Source: Vicugna vicugna (taxonomy: Eukaryota). From it: DNA of 64,000 bases. Below the pieces are notes generated by a model. It saw only the letters and a list, made by a program, of their open reading frames with translations. It was not told the DNA's origin and made no database searches. Where the stretch lies: assembly GCA_013265495.1 (NCBI GenBank), contig MU058463.1, forward strand, positions 2,131,523 to 2,195,522, read 5' to 3'. This document shows positions 52,680 to 64,000 of this stretch, piece after piece (within the stretch, counting starts at the first letter, position 1; every line of letters begins with the position of its first letter). The position numbers and the translations under genes are program-made.

Positions 52680-52850
52680 CCTCTTGTAACTATTAAATGT
52701 TTAGACAATAAAATTGCTTTAGATCAGATGTTAGCAGAAAAAAAGGAGACATGTGTAGTGGCCAACAGCTTTTGTAATATATATGTTAATACCACATCAG
52801 AAGTTAAAACCTTCTCAGATAAAAGCAGACAGCCAGCTACTTGGCTACAA
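52680..52850 (+). pseudogene. Gamma-type env TM remnant (immunosuppressive domain and degenerate CX6CC)
   Basis: LDNKIALDQMLAEKKETCVVANSFCNIYVNTTSEV...QPATWLQ, like LDNRLALDYLLAEQGGVC..I...CC.YIN.SG.V. Confidence 0.85.
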
Positions 52851-53198
52851 GTCTCCCCCAGAGTCCAGACTGGTTTTCAGTCTTACTCTCCTGAATCCCT
52901 CAGGGATTGAGATCTTAATCATACGAAACTCGAATCCAGGTCGTGAAACTTGGGAATATTTTCAACTTGGTGTCCATTCCCCAAGTCGAGGTAGGACTAC
53001 ACCCCATTTCAGTAGAAGTAGCCAGAGTGGCTGTCACCCTTTTCCCTTAAAGATTTGGGGAGGAATGAAACAGGATTGGAGATTGAAACAGAGGTCCTCT
53101 GCCGAGTTTAGGATTAGCCTCTTCTTATCCAGCACCTATTCGATAATTAATTAATTAAAAATACTGAGATTGAGGAGTAAGAAAGAAAGGGAGGGAAT

Positions 53199-53636
53199 TG
53201 TAACTGAACAGGACCCTATGGGTCCTTCCTGGGACAGACTGCTCCCCTATATCCTCTGCTGTAGCTCCCTCTGAAGTACCCAGCTAGTAGAAGCTCATGT
53301 ATATTTCCTGAGTTTTTCAGATGCTACAAACCTCCACCAATTGGAAGAAATTAAGGACTTGATGATCATGAGCATGTGGCCCTCAGACCTTCTGGCGCCA
53401 TCAATCAATCAGAGAACTGTGCACAGCGGATCACGTACCCTGGGACGCCCCTCCCTCGCCTGGCCTTTAAAAAGGCTCAGCTGAAACCCTCTGGGGACGT
53501 TCTGGGTATTCTGGGCATGAGACGCAGGTTCTCCTTGCTCAGCCCAGCAAGAACACTTTCTCTTCCCCGAGCTCAGATGTTTTGGCATGTTTTGGTCTCA
53601 CTGTTTGTGGGGCATATGAACTTCCATTGGATAACA
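53199..53636 (+). mobile_element. 3' LTR (ERV1)
   Basis: Preceded by a polypurine tract; TG...CA termini; aligns to the 5' LTR. Confidence 0.92.
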
Positions 53637-53962
53637 GTACTTAGGAGTCTCCTCTCTTCTCTCTCCTCCCTCCTGCAATATTTTGACCTCTTCCAGCTCT
53701 TCTGGCTCCCATGTCTCATGCTAAGACATCATCATTAGTCCCTTCTCCCATCACACCCTACCTCTGACTGTTTGCTCAAAAACACTAAACTTCTTAGGTT
53801 TTTAACATACTGTTTTCTTCACTTTCTTACCATTGCCCAGGCTCTTTCCTTGGACTGCAATTCCTTTCTCTACCTCCTCTCCTCATTTGCAAGAAAAAAA
53901 ATATCTATGGACCAAAAGAGGATAAGAGGTTTGATTTCTTTATTTTTATGATCTCTAATTTT

Positions 53963-54484
53963 TTTTAACATTCTGTATTGATTTATAATCATTTTACAAT
54001 GTTGTGTCAAATTCCAGTGTAGAGCACAATTTTTCACTTATACATGAACATATATATATTCATTGTCACATTTTTTTCTTTGTGAGCTACCATAAAGTCT
54101 TGTGTATATTTCCCTGTACTATACAGAATAATCTTGTTATTCTACATTTTGAAATCCCAGTCTATCCCTTCCCACCTCTTACACCCTTGGCAACCACAAG
54201 TTTGTATTCTATGTCTGTGAGTCTGTTTCTGTTTTGTATTTATGTTTTGTTTTGTTTTTTTGTTTTGTTTTGTTTTTAGATTCCACATATCAGCGATATC
54301 GTATGGTATTTTTCTTTCTCTTTCTGGCTTACTTCACTTAGAATGACATTCTCCAGGAGCATCCATGTTGCTGCAAATGGCATTATGTTGTCGGTTTTTA
54401 TGGCTGAGTAGTATTCCATTGTATAAATATACCACATCTTCTTTATCCAGTCATCTGTTGATGGACATTAAGGCTGTTTCCATG
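53963..54484 (-). mobile_element. 5'-truncated young camelid-type L1 with 17-bp TSD
   Basis: TSD TTATGATCTCTAATTTT at 53946-53962 and 54485-54501; highly similar to 62341-62858. Confidence 0.93.
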
Positions 54485-55832
54485 TTATGATCTCTAATTT
54501 TAATTGGACACAACATATGGACATGTTATATAAGATTGCTCAGTTTTACCACCACTCCTCATTCCCAGCCATCCCTCTTATATAAAACTCTATTAAAAAA
54601 TTTTTAAATATTTTTCCATTCTTTACCCTGGCATCAGAATGCCTTTGGGTTTGTAATATTGACAATAACACTATCTAGTCCAAAAGCTCAGCTCTGAGTA
54701 CAGAGTAAAAAAAATGTGTCCAAAATGTCTTTTGTCACAATGTAAAGTCACTCTTTGTCGATATAACATACATTTTTCTATGTAACATAAATTAAATCTT
54801 TAAACCATATCTTGTTACTAAAATAAAAGTGTTCTGTAATTTCATCACCGTAGCAGATAATATAAATATTTAGAAAGTTTATTGTACTTAATGACCTTTT
54901 GATTACCAATTAACAATTGTAGAATTATTATATGTAATATAATGTTCTTGATTTGCTCAAATTACTTGATATTCTTTTCCTAGAAGATGTCAAATGGATG
55001 AAAATTGTCATCAATGTTTTTGTTCATGATAATGTTGGCAGACAAAAACCCTAAAATCTAAACCTAAGTTTTTTAAATCATTTGACAATGTTTATAGGAA
55101 AAATATTCCTTTAAAGGAAAAGTATTCCTTTATAGAGACCTAAGTCTCTTGAATATCTTAGGAAATTTATTCCTCCTGAGCATCTTAGGAAAGTTATTCC
55201 TATATTTTATTTTTCCGAGGTCACAAAGAGGGGCAGAAAATTTAGTTGGCCCCCTCAGTATCCAAATCTAGTATAATGCCAGCAACTTTTAATTGTAATA
55301 GTAAAGCAGCAGAAATTACAGAAACTTCCTTACTACAGACTTCCCATAAATCCTACATGCCACTGGATTCTGAACAGTGTATATCAAATACTGGTTTTCT
55401 ATAGAAGATGTCTATAAAAAATTTTTAATATTTTTCATAGTTATCCTTGAAAACGGGTGAGCTACTAGTTAGGAAATATTCTATATTTTATGCTTCAAAG
55501 TTCTCAACCCAATGGTGTCTTTACATTTTTGTTCTCTCACATCATTTCATCTCCACCACAGTCCTGTGGGGTAGCTCAGGTTGTGTGGCAAATGCCTTCT
55601 TCCTTTATTCTGCCCCTTCGAAGAGAGACTTAACCTTAGTCTGTGTTTTGGGAAGCCACGTGCTTCAGGGGAAGCTGGATGATTCTGCCAGTGATGGGTT
55701 TGAGAACAGCAAAGAAATGTGGGAGAAAGTCTCTGAGGGACTGCTGGAGAGGTTTTAAAACACACCAAGGGGAAACCTCTCTTTCCCTGCCCCTAGATGT
55801 TGTAGTCACAGAAGAAAAAGGTGAGCCCATGG

Positions 55833-57269
55833 GAAGTTCTTTCAGGGGACTTCTCTTGTTCCTTTCATTGAGAGTGGTCCCTCGGCTTCTTCATTTGACT
55901 TATTTCTCTAACTCTATGAATTCAGGAATGACAGTTACCTACAGTGGTCTTGAAGGACTGGTTTTATGGGAAGGTCCCTGTGCAGATCGTATGCATCTAA
56001 TGTTTTTGTTGCAAGGGCTGTTTTTAGTATGCACGCCTGCCACGTCTTTCCTCCGTGTGTGCCGGCTGTTACCCCCTTGACTGAGGGTGTGACTGGTGCT
56101 GTGGAAACCGCAGCCTGCACTGGATACTGAGTGGAACCTCCTCTTTGCTCTGTGGTTGTCACAGCCCTGTCAGGGACTGGGACTGCTCCCCAGGTGTTGG
56201 AGTAGAAGCCCCCAGATCCATTTCTAAGCTGCGGTGTGTGGTAGGCCAGGCTAGGGTGCTTCCACTGATAGAGGGGGGCCACTGAATATTCTTCCACAGG
56301 AGATCCACCAGGAAGTGTCCTCTGTGGTGTCACCTGTCACCTGTTGTACAGGCTCACAAAGTACACTATAGTGGACGCTGCCCTCGGCCTCACCACAGCC
56401 ATGGGAACTCTGGCACGTGCCCTGATGTCCCTTAGGTGCTGCGCTTACTGAGTCACCAGGGCAGATCCACTGAAGTCAGTCACCAGGACGTGCCATAGTC
56501 ATGGATCTGGACCCGCGGGTGGGATCCAGGATCAACCCAGACCCCAACTGAATTTACAAAGGCATTGGCAGTGTAAATCTGCCACGGCTGCCTGGGACAT
56601 GCCTCAAATTTTAGCCCCAACTGTGAATTTGTGCAGCCCCTGGAAATGGGCTCAGATTTCTGCCCCACCTCTGCTTAGGTACAACCCACCAGCGACTGCA
56701 CGCGATAGAGGCTGCCATGGCTGAATCCCACCCCTCCCTTGATGTGCCAACGATGGAGCCATATATATGGGACCCAAGCTCCATTGCACACACTCTCAGC
56801 CTAAGCCCGTAGCACACTCCAGCCCCCCAGGCTGCCTCCATGCAGCCAACCCCAGTTCCTTCCCCAGGTCCGTGCTCTGAAGTCCGAGCTCCAGCACCCA
56901 GCCTCAGCACGTATCAGGTGGTGACCACACAGATCCTCTGCACCTGTTTCTCTCCATTCTGTTTGTGGCTGCCGGATTCTCCTCCGAACCTCTGAAGCTC
57001 CCCTTCTGTCCCAGCTGCCCTTCCTGCTGGAAAGGATACTTTTCCTCTTTCACTGCTCCTTCCCAGGGCTCACGTCGCATCCTGATTTCTTTTTTCCTTC
57101 TACTCTCGTTTTCGTGATGATCTTTCCTGTAGCTTCACTTGTACACTATCTTCTGCCAGAGCTCAGCAGTTATTCTGTGAGAATTGTTCCACATGTAGAT
57201 ATATTTCTGATGTATTTGTCAGAGAGGGTGAGCTCCGTGTCCTTCTTTTCTGCCATCTTGAAGCCCCTC
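55833..57269 (-). mobile_element. L1 5' UTR plus start of ORF1, 3'-truncated
   Basis: Minus strand begins GAGGGGCTTCAAGATGGCAG (YY1 motif)...GGAGCTCACCCTCTCTGACAAATACATCAG; GC-rich UTR; probable ORF1 ATGAAGAAG near 55895. Confidence 0.8.
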
Positions 57270-58084
57270 TCAGAAAACTTTTCATTTTCAACTACTATCC
57301 CTGCCATAAATGTCATGTGTGTATTTGAGAACATGAAACTAAGCATTGATTTCTTCTATTAGTCAAGCCCTTTCCGCGTGAGTCCTCACATTGCTGTTTT
57401 AATAACCAAACGCTGAGAACTCTTAGTACTATTTTGCCAGCTGCCTGACTAGAGAACACGTGATACGACTCGCAGGAAGACCATGGAAAGAAGTATAGAT
57501 TAACATTTTAGATTATGATCTCATTACACTAAAGAAAATTTTGCAATTATTTTTGATAGATATCTCATTTCAAAATGAGTATGGCAACATTTAAGTCATT
57601 TCTTTTATCACAAATCAGTGAAATAGAACATTTACTAATGATGTATCACTGAACAGCAAACATATTCATGAAAACCCCTGATCCATGTATTTTCAGTTTA
57701 ATTTTAACATATTGTGAGGCTTCTTTGTCTAAAGAGAATGATGTTAAATTAAAACATTTTTAAAGTATATTCCAATGGGGAAACTATATCCAGCAAAAAC
57801 CCCGAGTCCCAGTCTGCACGGCCAGTCTGACGGACGCAGATGAGAACTGCGAGGGTGCCGTGGGCAGCGATCACAGCCTCGGCTCTTTCTGTGGAAGAAC
57901 ATTTACAGTTTGCACTGGGAGCTGAGTATCTTGTTCTGTGTGGGACCAGCCCCACCCAGAATGCCTGCATCCAGGGTTTCAATGCAGTTTAATCCAGTCT
58001 CTCCACGCTGTTTCTTGTCATATCAGGTTATTTTCTCCTGTTTGGGATTCCAGAGCCAATGACCAAGGTCAGCCCAACACAATA

Positions 58085-58107
58085 GTGTGTGTGTGTGTGT
58101 GTGTGTG
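58085..58107. repeat. (GT)n microsatellite
   Basis: Read directly; a shorter one lies at about 59654-59670. Confidence 0.9.
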
Positions 58108-60448
58108 AGCCTGATGGGAAAGAATAAAGTCTACGACTTGTCAGCTCATCTCTGCTTGTAGCACTGCCAAATTTGGTGGCATATTTCATTTCTGTTTTGT
58201 TCTAAATGCCAAAGAATGGTTGGGCCATCCCTGGGACTTCCTTATTTATTAATCTCTTCCCATTCTGTCAGTCAAGTGAGGTCTTCTGTTAGAGCCATAA
58301 CACCGAAGGCACCACTGAAAGATTCCTCAAGCGACTGTGACACTCGGCTTGACCATTAGGGTCACTGAAGCCAACCAGAGAGCCATGACCAGAATCTTTA
58401 TCCTTTTGTCTATTCTTGAAAAAGGTACTAATGTCATATTCCATACAATTTATAGGCCGTGATTTACCACTGCTGAACAAGTATTGTATTCATTATTTTA
58501 TTATTACCTATAAGACAGTCATGAACATCTTTAAAAAGAGGTTTTTTTCCTTCAGCTGAATTTTTCCATGTGATAAATTCCCATAAATGAGATTGTTAAA
58601 AGTATTACAAATGATAAGTATGATACAAGTGCACAGAAATAAAATTTAGGGTAAAAACATTGTTAAGAAAAAAGGGAACACAATATGCCTTAAAACGTCT
58701 AGTAACTACACATGAGGTCAGGACGGAGGAGGGACGTGCCAAAAAAAAACTGCAACAGGATAATGAGATTATGAGCATTTTTTTTCCAAAACTTTATAAA
58801 GTGTTCAATTTTGCTGGAATTTTTTAAAAAGAGCACTGAAGTTTTCTAATTATAGGGACGCATGAGTTTCTCATTGGAAAAGTATTCTTATTCCCTGAAG
58901 AGTATGTGGGAATAGAATGGCTTTTTTCCAGAGTATTATAGCTTTTTAACGACATCGTCAAACTATAACTGTATTGTTTGCTGGGGTTTCAATATTTGAA
59001 AAGTATATAAAGGGCAATAACAACAAAAATAGAATCTCAAAGTTCCCTGTTTTACTGCACTGCTTCCTCAGAAACATGCACATTTGAGGGGTTATAAGAA
59101 TGGCTGATCTACTAATTCAACATAATGGAATAATCATCTTTTCATATTTTAGTCTCATTCATTCAGATATGAATTTCATTTACATCTTGTATGTAAATTC
59201 CAAAGGAAAGACAAAATAAACAATGAGAAGGGAATAACACGGAGGGTTCATTGGTTTTGCTTTGTGTGGGCAAGAAATAAAATGTTTTCCTCTGTTTTGT
59301 AAAATTGTCTTAAAAGATGGATAATAGCATTAATGCATTCTAGTAGCTTTAAATCAAAATTTAAGTCTTTTTTTTTCCCTTTTGCTTCTTTCATTATGCA
59401 TCATTTCATCCTTACTTCAATAATTAGGTAAGCTCTAGCATTTGATAGGAATTGTGTTTTATGTCTAAATACCTTATAGGCTAAAGCAGATACTGTTTTT
59501 TTTTTTTAATCAATGTTATTGGGCCTAATTTCATTTTGAAGTCACAGTAAAAGAGCAGCCGTGGATGCTGGGTTTGCGGGGAGGGGTATATGTTTTTGTT
59601 CTGTTTTGTTTTTTTACTAAAGAATTTGCTCTGTATGGGGTGGATGGGTTGAGGTGTGTGTGTGTGTGTGACTGATTCCCACCTTGGTAAGTAAGGTTCA
59701 GCCAGGGAAATCCAAAGAAAAAGAAGTTACCAAAAAAAAGTTTCTTTTAACTTGTGTTTGCCAATCCGGAAGAGAGTTTTGCAAATAGGTCACTCATTAA
59801 AAGTTTATATGGTAAATTCAGGAAGGCTCATCCCGGGGAGAACAAGAGTGAAGGTTTTATAGAGCATTCTGGGTGGGCAGAACCCAAAGCTTGCGTAAAC
59901 CATTACTCTTTCAAATACTCCTCCAGCCACTCAAAAAGCATTCAGTTACTGCTTACCCTTAAGTAAACACGTCTAATCATCGTTTTCCCTCCCAGGAATC
60001 AAAAGGAGACAAACTTGGTTGCACAATTAAACAAGTTATTCATTTCTCATGCACCGTCTCCAGATACGTGAATGCTAAGCAGTGCTGGAGCCGGGGGAGA
60101 GGAGCGATGTACAATAGATTATTTAAGGAATTCGCAGTAATTTTCATCTTCTTAAGAGTGCCATCTTCTCCATTTTTAAAGATTTTCAAAAGTCACCCCC
60201 CAAAATCTGAACGATCAGTGACAACATACACTAAAGATGGAAATGTTTAAGATTTTTTAAAGCACTTTTTTAGTTTTACTGACATGGGCAACCAAATAGA
60301 TGATCCACTTCCTTAGGAAAACATAAAACACTTCTCCAGTAAAATCTAAAAATTATTCCTACATCCAAGAATCTCGCTAGCTTTATTTCCCAGATATTTC
60401 TAGAAAAATTTCAGAGTTTACAGGTCCCATTATACATCTGAACTCTTT

Positions 60449-60661
60449 AAAAAAAACTTTATTGTGGTATAAATTCTTTACAATAAACTACACATATTTC
60501 AGATGTACAATTTGATGAATTTTGATAGATGTCTACACCGATGAAACCACTGCCACAATCAAGATACTTAACACTTCCATCTCTCCCCAGGATGTGCAAA
60601 TTTTGAACTCCCAGTTTCTCTCTTCCCACCCCTTTTACCCACTGGTAACCATAAATCCATT
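60449..60661 (-). mobile_element. TSD-flanked chimeric L1 3' fragment
   Basis: CATCTGAACTCTTT(AA) at 60435 and 60662; L1MB/MC-like terminus joined to a camelid-type L1 3' UTR segment. Confidence 0.7.
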
Positions 60662-60944
60662 CATCTGAACTCTTTAATCTCATAATTCAAGGCCACTACT
60701 TCATGGTTCTCTGGATAACCTCGTTCCTTCCATTGCAACCCCATTCCTTCCATTGAGCTCTCCTTCCAAGCTCCCATCACCAGAGCTCTCTCTCTTTTAT
60801 GTTCAACATAGCATCCAGTTCAGGGCTTAATAATCGTAAGGCTTTACCTGCTTCTATTAGCATTCTTGAAATACATTGAAATAAATAACCAGTTACTATA
60901 ATTGCTTGCATTTTTCTCCAGTCCCATTTACTTGTAAGATTAAA

Positions 60945-61757
60945 TATTACTTGAACAGTCACATGAGAATTTCTTGTTATTTTTTTCCCCGAGTTTAGAT
61001 TTTAGTAACTGCGTAATTGAAATCCTTATGACAAGAGGTTTTTGGATGAAACCTGGGCATTTCATGTTACATTATGAGACACCGGATGTTAATGAACACC
61101 TTCTGTTTTAGCCGGCTTTCTCTGGCCAGGAAGAGGGGTTGCCGCTTTGTTACTCAGGCAGAGAAGTCCACACACCCAACTCGGCCTGCATGGACATTAA
61201 AGAGGGGGCCTCATTACTACTGAGGAGGGAAGTGCGTTCCAGCTCCCCATGTGGTGTCCACTGACCCTGAGAAGGGGTGGCCTTGTTATCACGGGATGGC
61301 AAAAATCCTGGCTCCCCACTAGGCCTTCTCTGACACCCAGGTGCAGGCTCCTTACTTGGCCTTCTCTGCCCCGGGGAGGGTGGGGATAAGCATGGAAGCC
61401 TGGGCTCCCCACTTTGAGGAGGTAGCGATGAGACCACGAGGTAGCAATGAGACCACGTATTTTGTGTTTGTTTTCTGTGTATTTGGCTGAAGTAGAGCAG
61501 CTATTGTCCAGAGGTTTTCTGTCTGGCTAGGTTGCTTCTTTGCTGGTCCGTCCATAGAGAGGAGAGTTTTGCTGGGGGCATTTTGTGTCTGTGTCCTATG
61601 GTGTTTCTGGGTTGCTGGTTTCTCTGTTTCCATGTCTAGGATAATGCAAAGGAAAACTCAGCCAACTCACCCCCATGTTGTCCCCTGAGTCCTGAGGTCC
61701 CTACCTGGTCTTCTTTCTCTCCACATTTTCTTAGGTCTGTTTCATAAAATGTTCAGA
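60945..61757 (-). mobile_element. Old L1 5' region (L1M4b/L1MC-like)
   Basis: ttccagctccccatgtggtgtccactgac; ggctccccactaggccttctctgacacc; aaaactcagccaactcacccccatgttg. Confidence 0.7.
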
Positions 61758-61935
61758 TATAAATCTAACAAAATATGTACGAGATCTATATGAAGAAAAT
61801 TGCAGAACTCTGATGAATGAAACAAAGAACCAAATAAATGGAGAAATTTTTCATGAGTGAGGATAGGAAGACTCAATATTATCAAGATGTTAGTTCTTCC
61901 CAACTTGATTTATAGACGACATGCGCTCCCATCCA
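61758..61935 (+). mobile_element. Old L1 ORF2 fragment
   Basis: ataaatctaacaaaatatgtacgagatctatatgaagaaaa; peptide IGRLNIIKMLVLPNLIYR. Confidence 0.85.
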
Positions 61936-62234
61936 GGGCAGACTTCCACATCTTTGGTCAGAACTGCCATGGAAGCAAAATATTTGGGCTTAGAGTTAAG
62001 CAGAGTTTGCACGTAAACTGTGGTCCTCTTAACGATGGTACAGTTTCTTCAGATTCTGTTCTATGTAAAATAAACTGGTTCAAGGATTTCAATGGAGGAC
62101 TCTTCTAGGAAGATGGAGTAGACGTACATTTTCTATTCCTCCTACTAATTACAACTGAAAACTCTGCTTTCTCTGTACATGCATCAAAATTTCACTACAA
62201 ATTTCAAAAAGTTGTTTCCATTTCATTCAAATTT

Positions 62235-62340
62235 TTTTTAATTTGTACCTACATTTATTGATGTATAGTCGATTTACAATGTTGCATTAGTTTCTGATGT
62301 ATAGCAGTGATTCAGTTATATGTATATATTCTTTTTCATA
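62235..62340 (-). mobile_element. Cetartiodactyl L1 3' end interrupted by a younger L1
   Basis: tttattgatgtatagtcgatttacaatgttgcattagtttctgatgtatagcagtgattcagttatat. Confidence 0.75.
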
Positions 62341-64000
62341 TTTTTTAACATTTTTTATTGAGTTACAGGCATTTTACAATGTTGTGTCACATTCCAGTGT
62401 AGTGCACAATTTTTCACTTATACATGAACATGCATATATTCATTGTCACATTTTTTTTTTGCTGTGAGCTACCACAAGATCTTGTATATATTTTCCTGTG
62501 CTATACAGTATAATCTTGTTTATCTATTCTGCATTTTGAACTCCCAGTCTGTCCCTTCCCACCCTCGCCCCCTTGGCAACCACAAGTCTGTATTCTATGT
62601 CTATGAGTCTGTTTCTGTTATGTATTTATTTTTTGTTTGTTTGTTTTTTTCAGATTCCACATATGAGTGATCTCATATGGTATTTTTCTTTCTCTTTCTG
62701 GCTTAATTCACTTAGAATGACATTCTCCAGGAACATCCATGTTGCTGCAAATGGCGTTATGTTGTCAGTTTTTATGGCTGAATAGTATTCCATTGTATAA
62801 ATATACCACCTCTTCTTTATCCAGTCATCTGTTGATGGACATTTAGGCTGTTTCCATGACTTGGCTATTGTAAATAGTGCTGCTATGAACATTGGGGTGC
62901 AGGTGTCATTTTGAAGTAGGGTTCCTTCTGGATATATGTCCAGAAGCGGGATTCCTGGATCACATGGTAAGTCTATTCCTAGTCTTTTGAGGAATCTCCA
63001 CACTGTTTTCCACACCAGAAGAGTAGGCTCCCTTTTCTCCACAGCCTCTCCAGCATTTGTCATTTGTGGACTTTTGAATGATGGCCATTCTGACTGGTGT
63101 GAGGTGATACCTCATTGTAGTTTTGATTTGCATTTCTCAGATAGTTAGTGATATTGAGCATTTTTCCATGTGCATATTGATCATTTGTATGTCTTCCTTG
63201 GAGAATTGCTTGTTTAGGTCTTCTGCCCGTTTTTGGATTGGGTTGTTTGTTTTTTTCTTATTAAGTCGTATGAGCTGCTTATATATTCTGGAGATCAATA
63301 CTTTGTCGGTTTTATTTGCAAAAATTTTCTCCCATTCCGTAGGTTGTCATTTATTTTTTACTTATGGTTTCCTTTGCTGTGCAGAAGCTTGTAAGTTTCA
63401 TTAGGTCCCATTTGTTTATTCTTGCTTTTATTTCTATTGCTTGGGTAGACTGCCCTAGGAGAGCGTTTTTGAGATGAATGTCAGATAATGTTTTGTCTAT
63501 ATTTTCTTCTAGGAGGTTTATTGTATCTTGTCTTATGTTTAAGTCTTTGATCCATTTTGAGTTGATTTTTGTGTATGGTGTAAGGGAGTGTTCTAGCTTC
63601 ATTGATTTACATCTGCTGTCCAGTTTTCCCAACACCATTTGCTGAAGAGGCTGTCTTTATTCCATTGTATGTTCTTGCCTCCTTTGTCAAAGATTAGTTG
63701 ACCAAAAATTTGTGGGTTCATTTCTGGGCTCTCTATTCTGTTCCATTGGTCTATATATCTGTTTTTGTACCAATACCATGCTGTTTTGATTACTGTAGCT
63801 CTGTAGTATTGTCTGAAGTCTGGGAGAGTTATTCCTCCAGCCTCTTTCTTTTTCTTCAGTAATGCTTTGGCAATTCTAGGTCTTTGATGGTTCCATATAA
63901 ATTTTATTATGATTATTTCTAGTTCTGTGAAATATGTGCTGGGTAATTTGATAGGGATTGCTTTAAATCTGTAGATTGCCTTGGGCAGTGTGACCACTTT
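62341..64000 (-). mobile_element. Young camelid-type L1, ORF2 C-terminus and 3' UTR, running off the window
   Basis: [16 protein letters not shown]...[27 protein letters not shown]...[51 protein letters not shown]; frameshifted. Confidence 0.97.
62650..63997 (-). pseudogene. L1 ORF2p C-terminal region, disrupted
   Basis: Split over ORFs 63599-63997, 63351-63638 and 62650-63063; a short deletion near 63010 removes part of the conserved LVGGNVNW segment. Confidence 0.9.

Larger units (their letters stand above)
48451..53636 (+). mobile_element. Pol-less ERV1-class provirus, 5186 bp, two LTRs
   Basis: LTRs TGTAAC...AACA at 48451-48893 and 53199-53636; GTAC on both flanks; polypurine tract aagaaagaaagggagggaa before the 3' LTR; gag MA and env TM remnants; AT-rich non-coding middle. 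Confidence 0.9.

Noticed and set aside
52665..52910. Domesticated env (syncytin-like) gene
   Set aside because: Only 81 aa; CX6CC is broken; no signal peptide, furin site or membrane anchor in frame.
55643..56910. ORFs of 99-145 aa
   Set aside because: They fall in a GC-rich L1 5' UTR and an adjacent old LTR-like remnant; no protein similarity recognised.
62341..64000. Active L1
   Set aside because: ORF2 is frameshifted and has an internal deletion in the visible part.

Overview
Mammalian genomic DNA, very probably from a camelid (alpaca/llama/camel). This rests on Vic-1-like tRNA-derived SINEs, cetartiodactyl/camelid-type L1 3' ends and the absence of Alu, Bov-A or PRE1 repeats. The window is intergenic or intronic and dominated by transposons: old and young L1, L2, MIR, MLT1, MER5, a Tigger MITE, solo ERV1 LTRs, an LTR16/ERV3-16A3-like relic, and a 45.3-53.6 kb nest in which a pol-less ERV1 provirus abuts a truncated class III (ERV-L-like) provirus. 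I recognise no host protein-coding gene; all recognisable protein similarity is to decayed retroelement genes (L1 ORF2; ERV gag, RNase H, integrase, env TM). I found no convincing new biological system. The best leads are structural: a mosaic LTR pair (core about 96% identical, ends about 75-80%) with mismatched flanks, a near-perfect 412-bp tandem duplication, a MER41-like LTR retaining a GAS motif, a TSD-flanked chimeric L1 3' end, a probable 400-bp inversion, and weak candidate exons. Repeat family names come from my recollection of consensus sequences, not from a database search; boundaries without TSDs are approximate.
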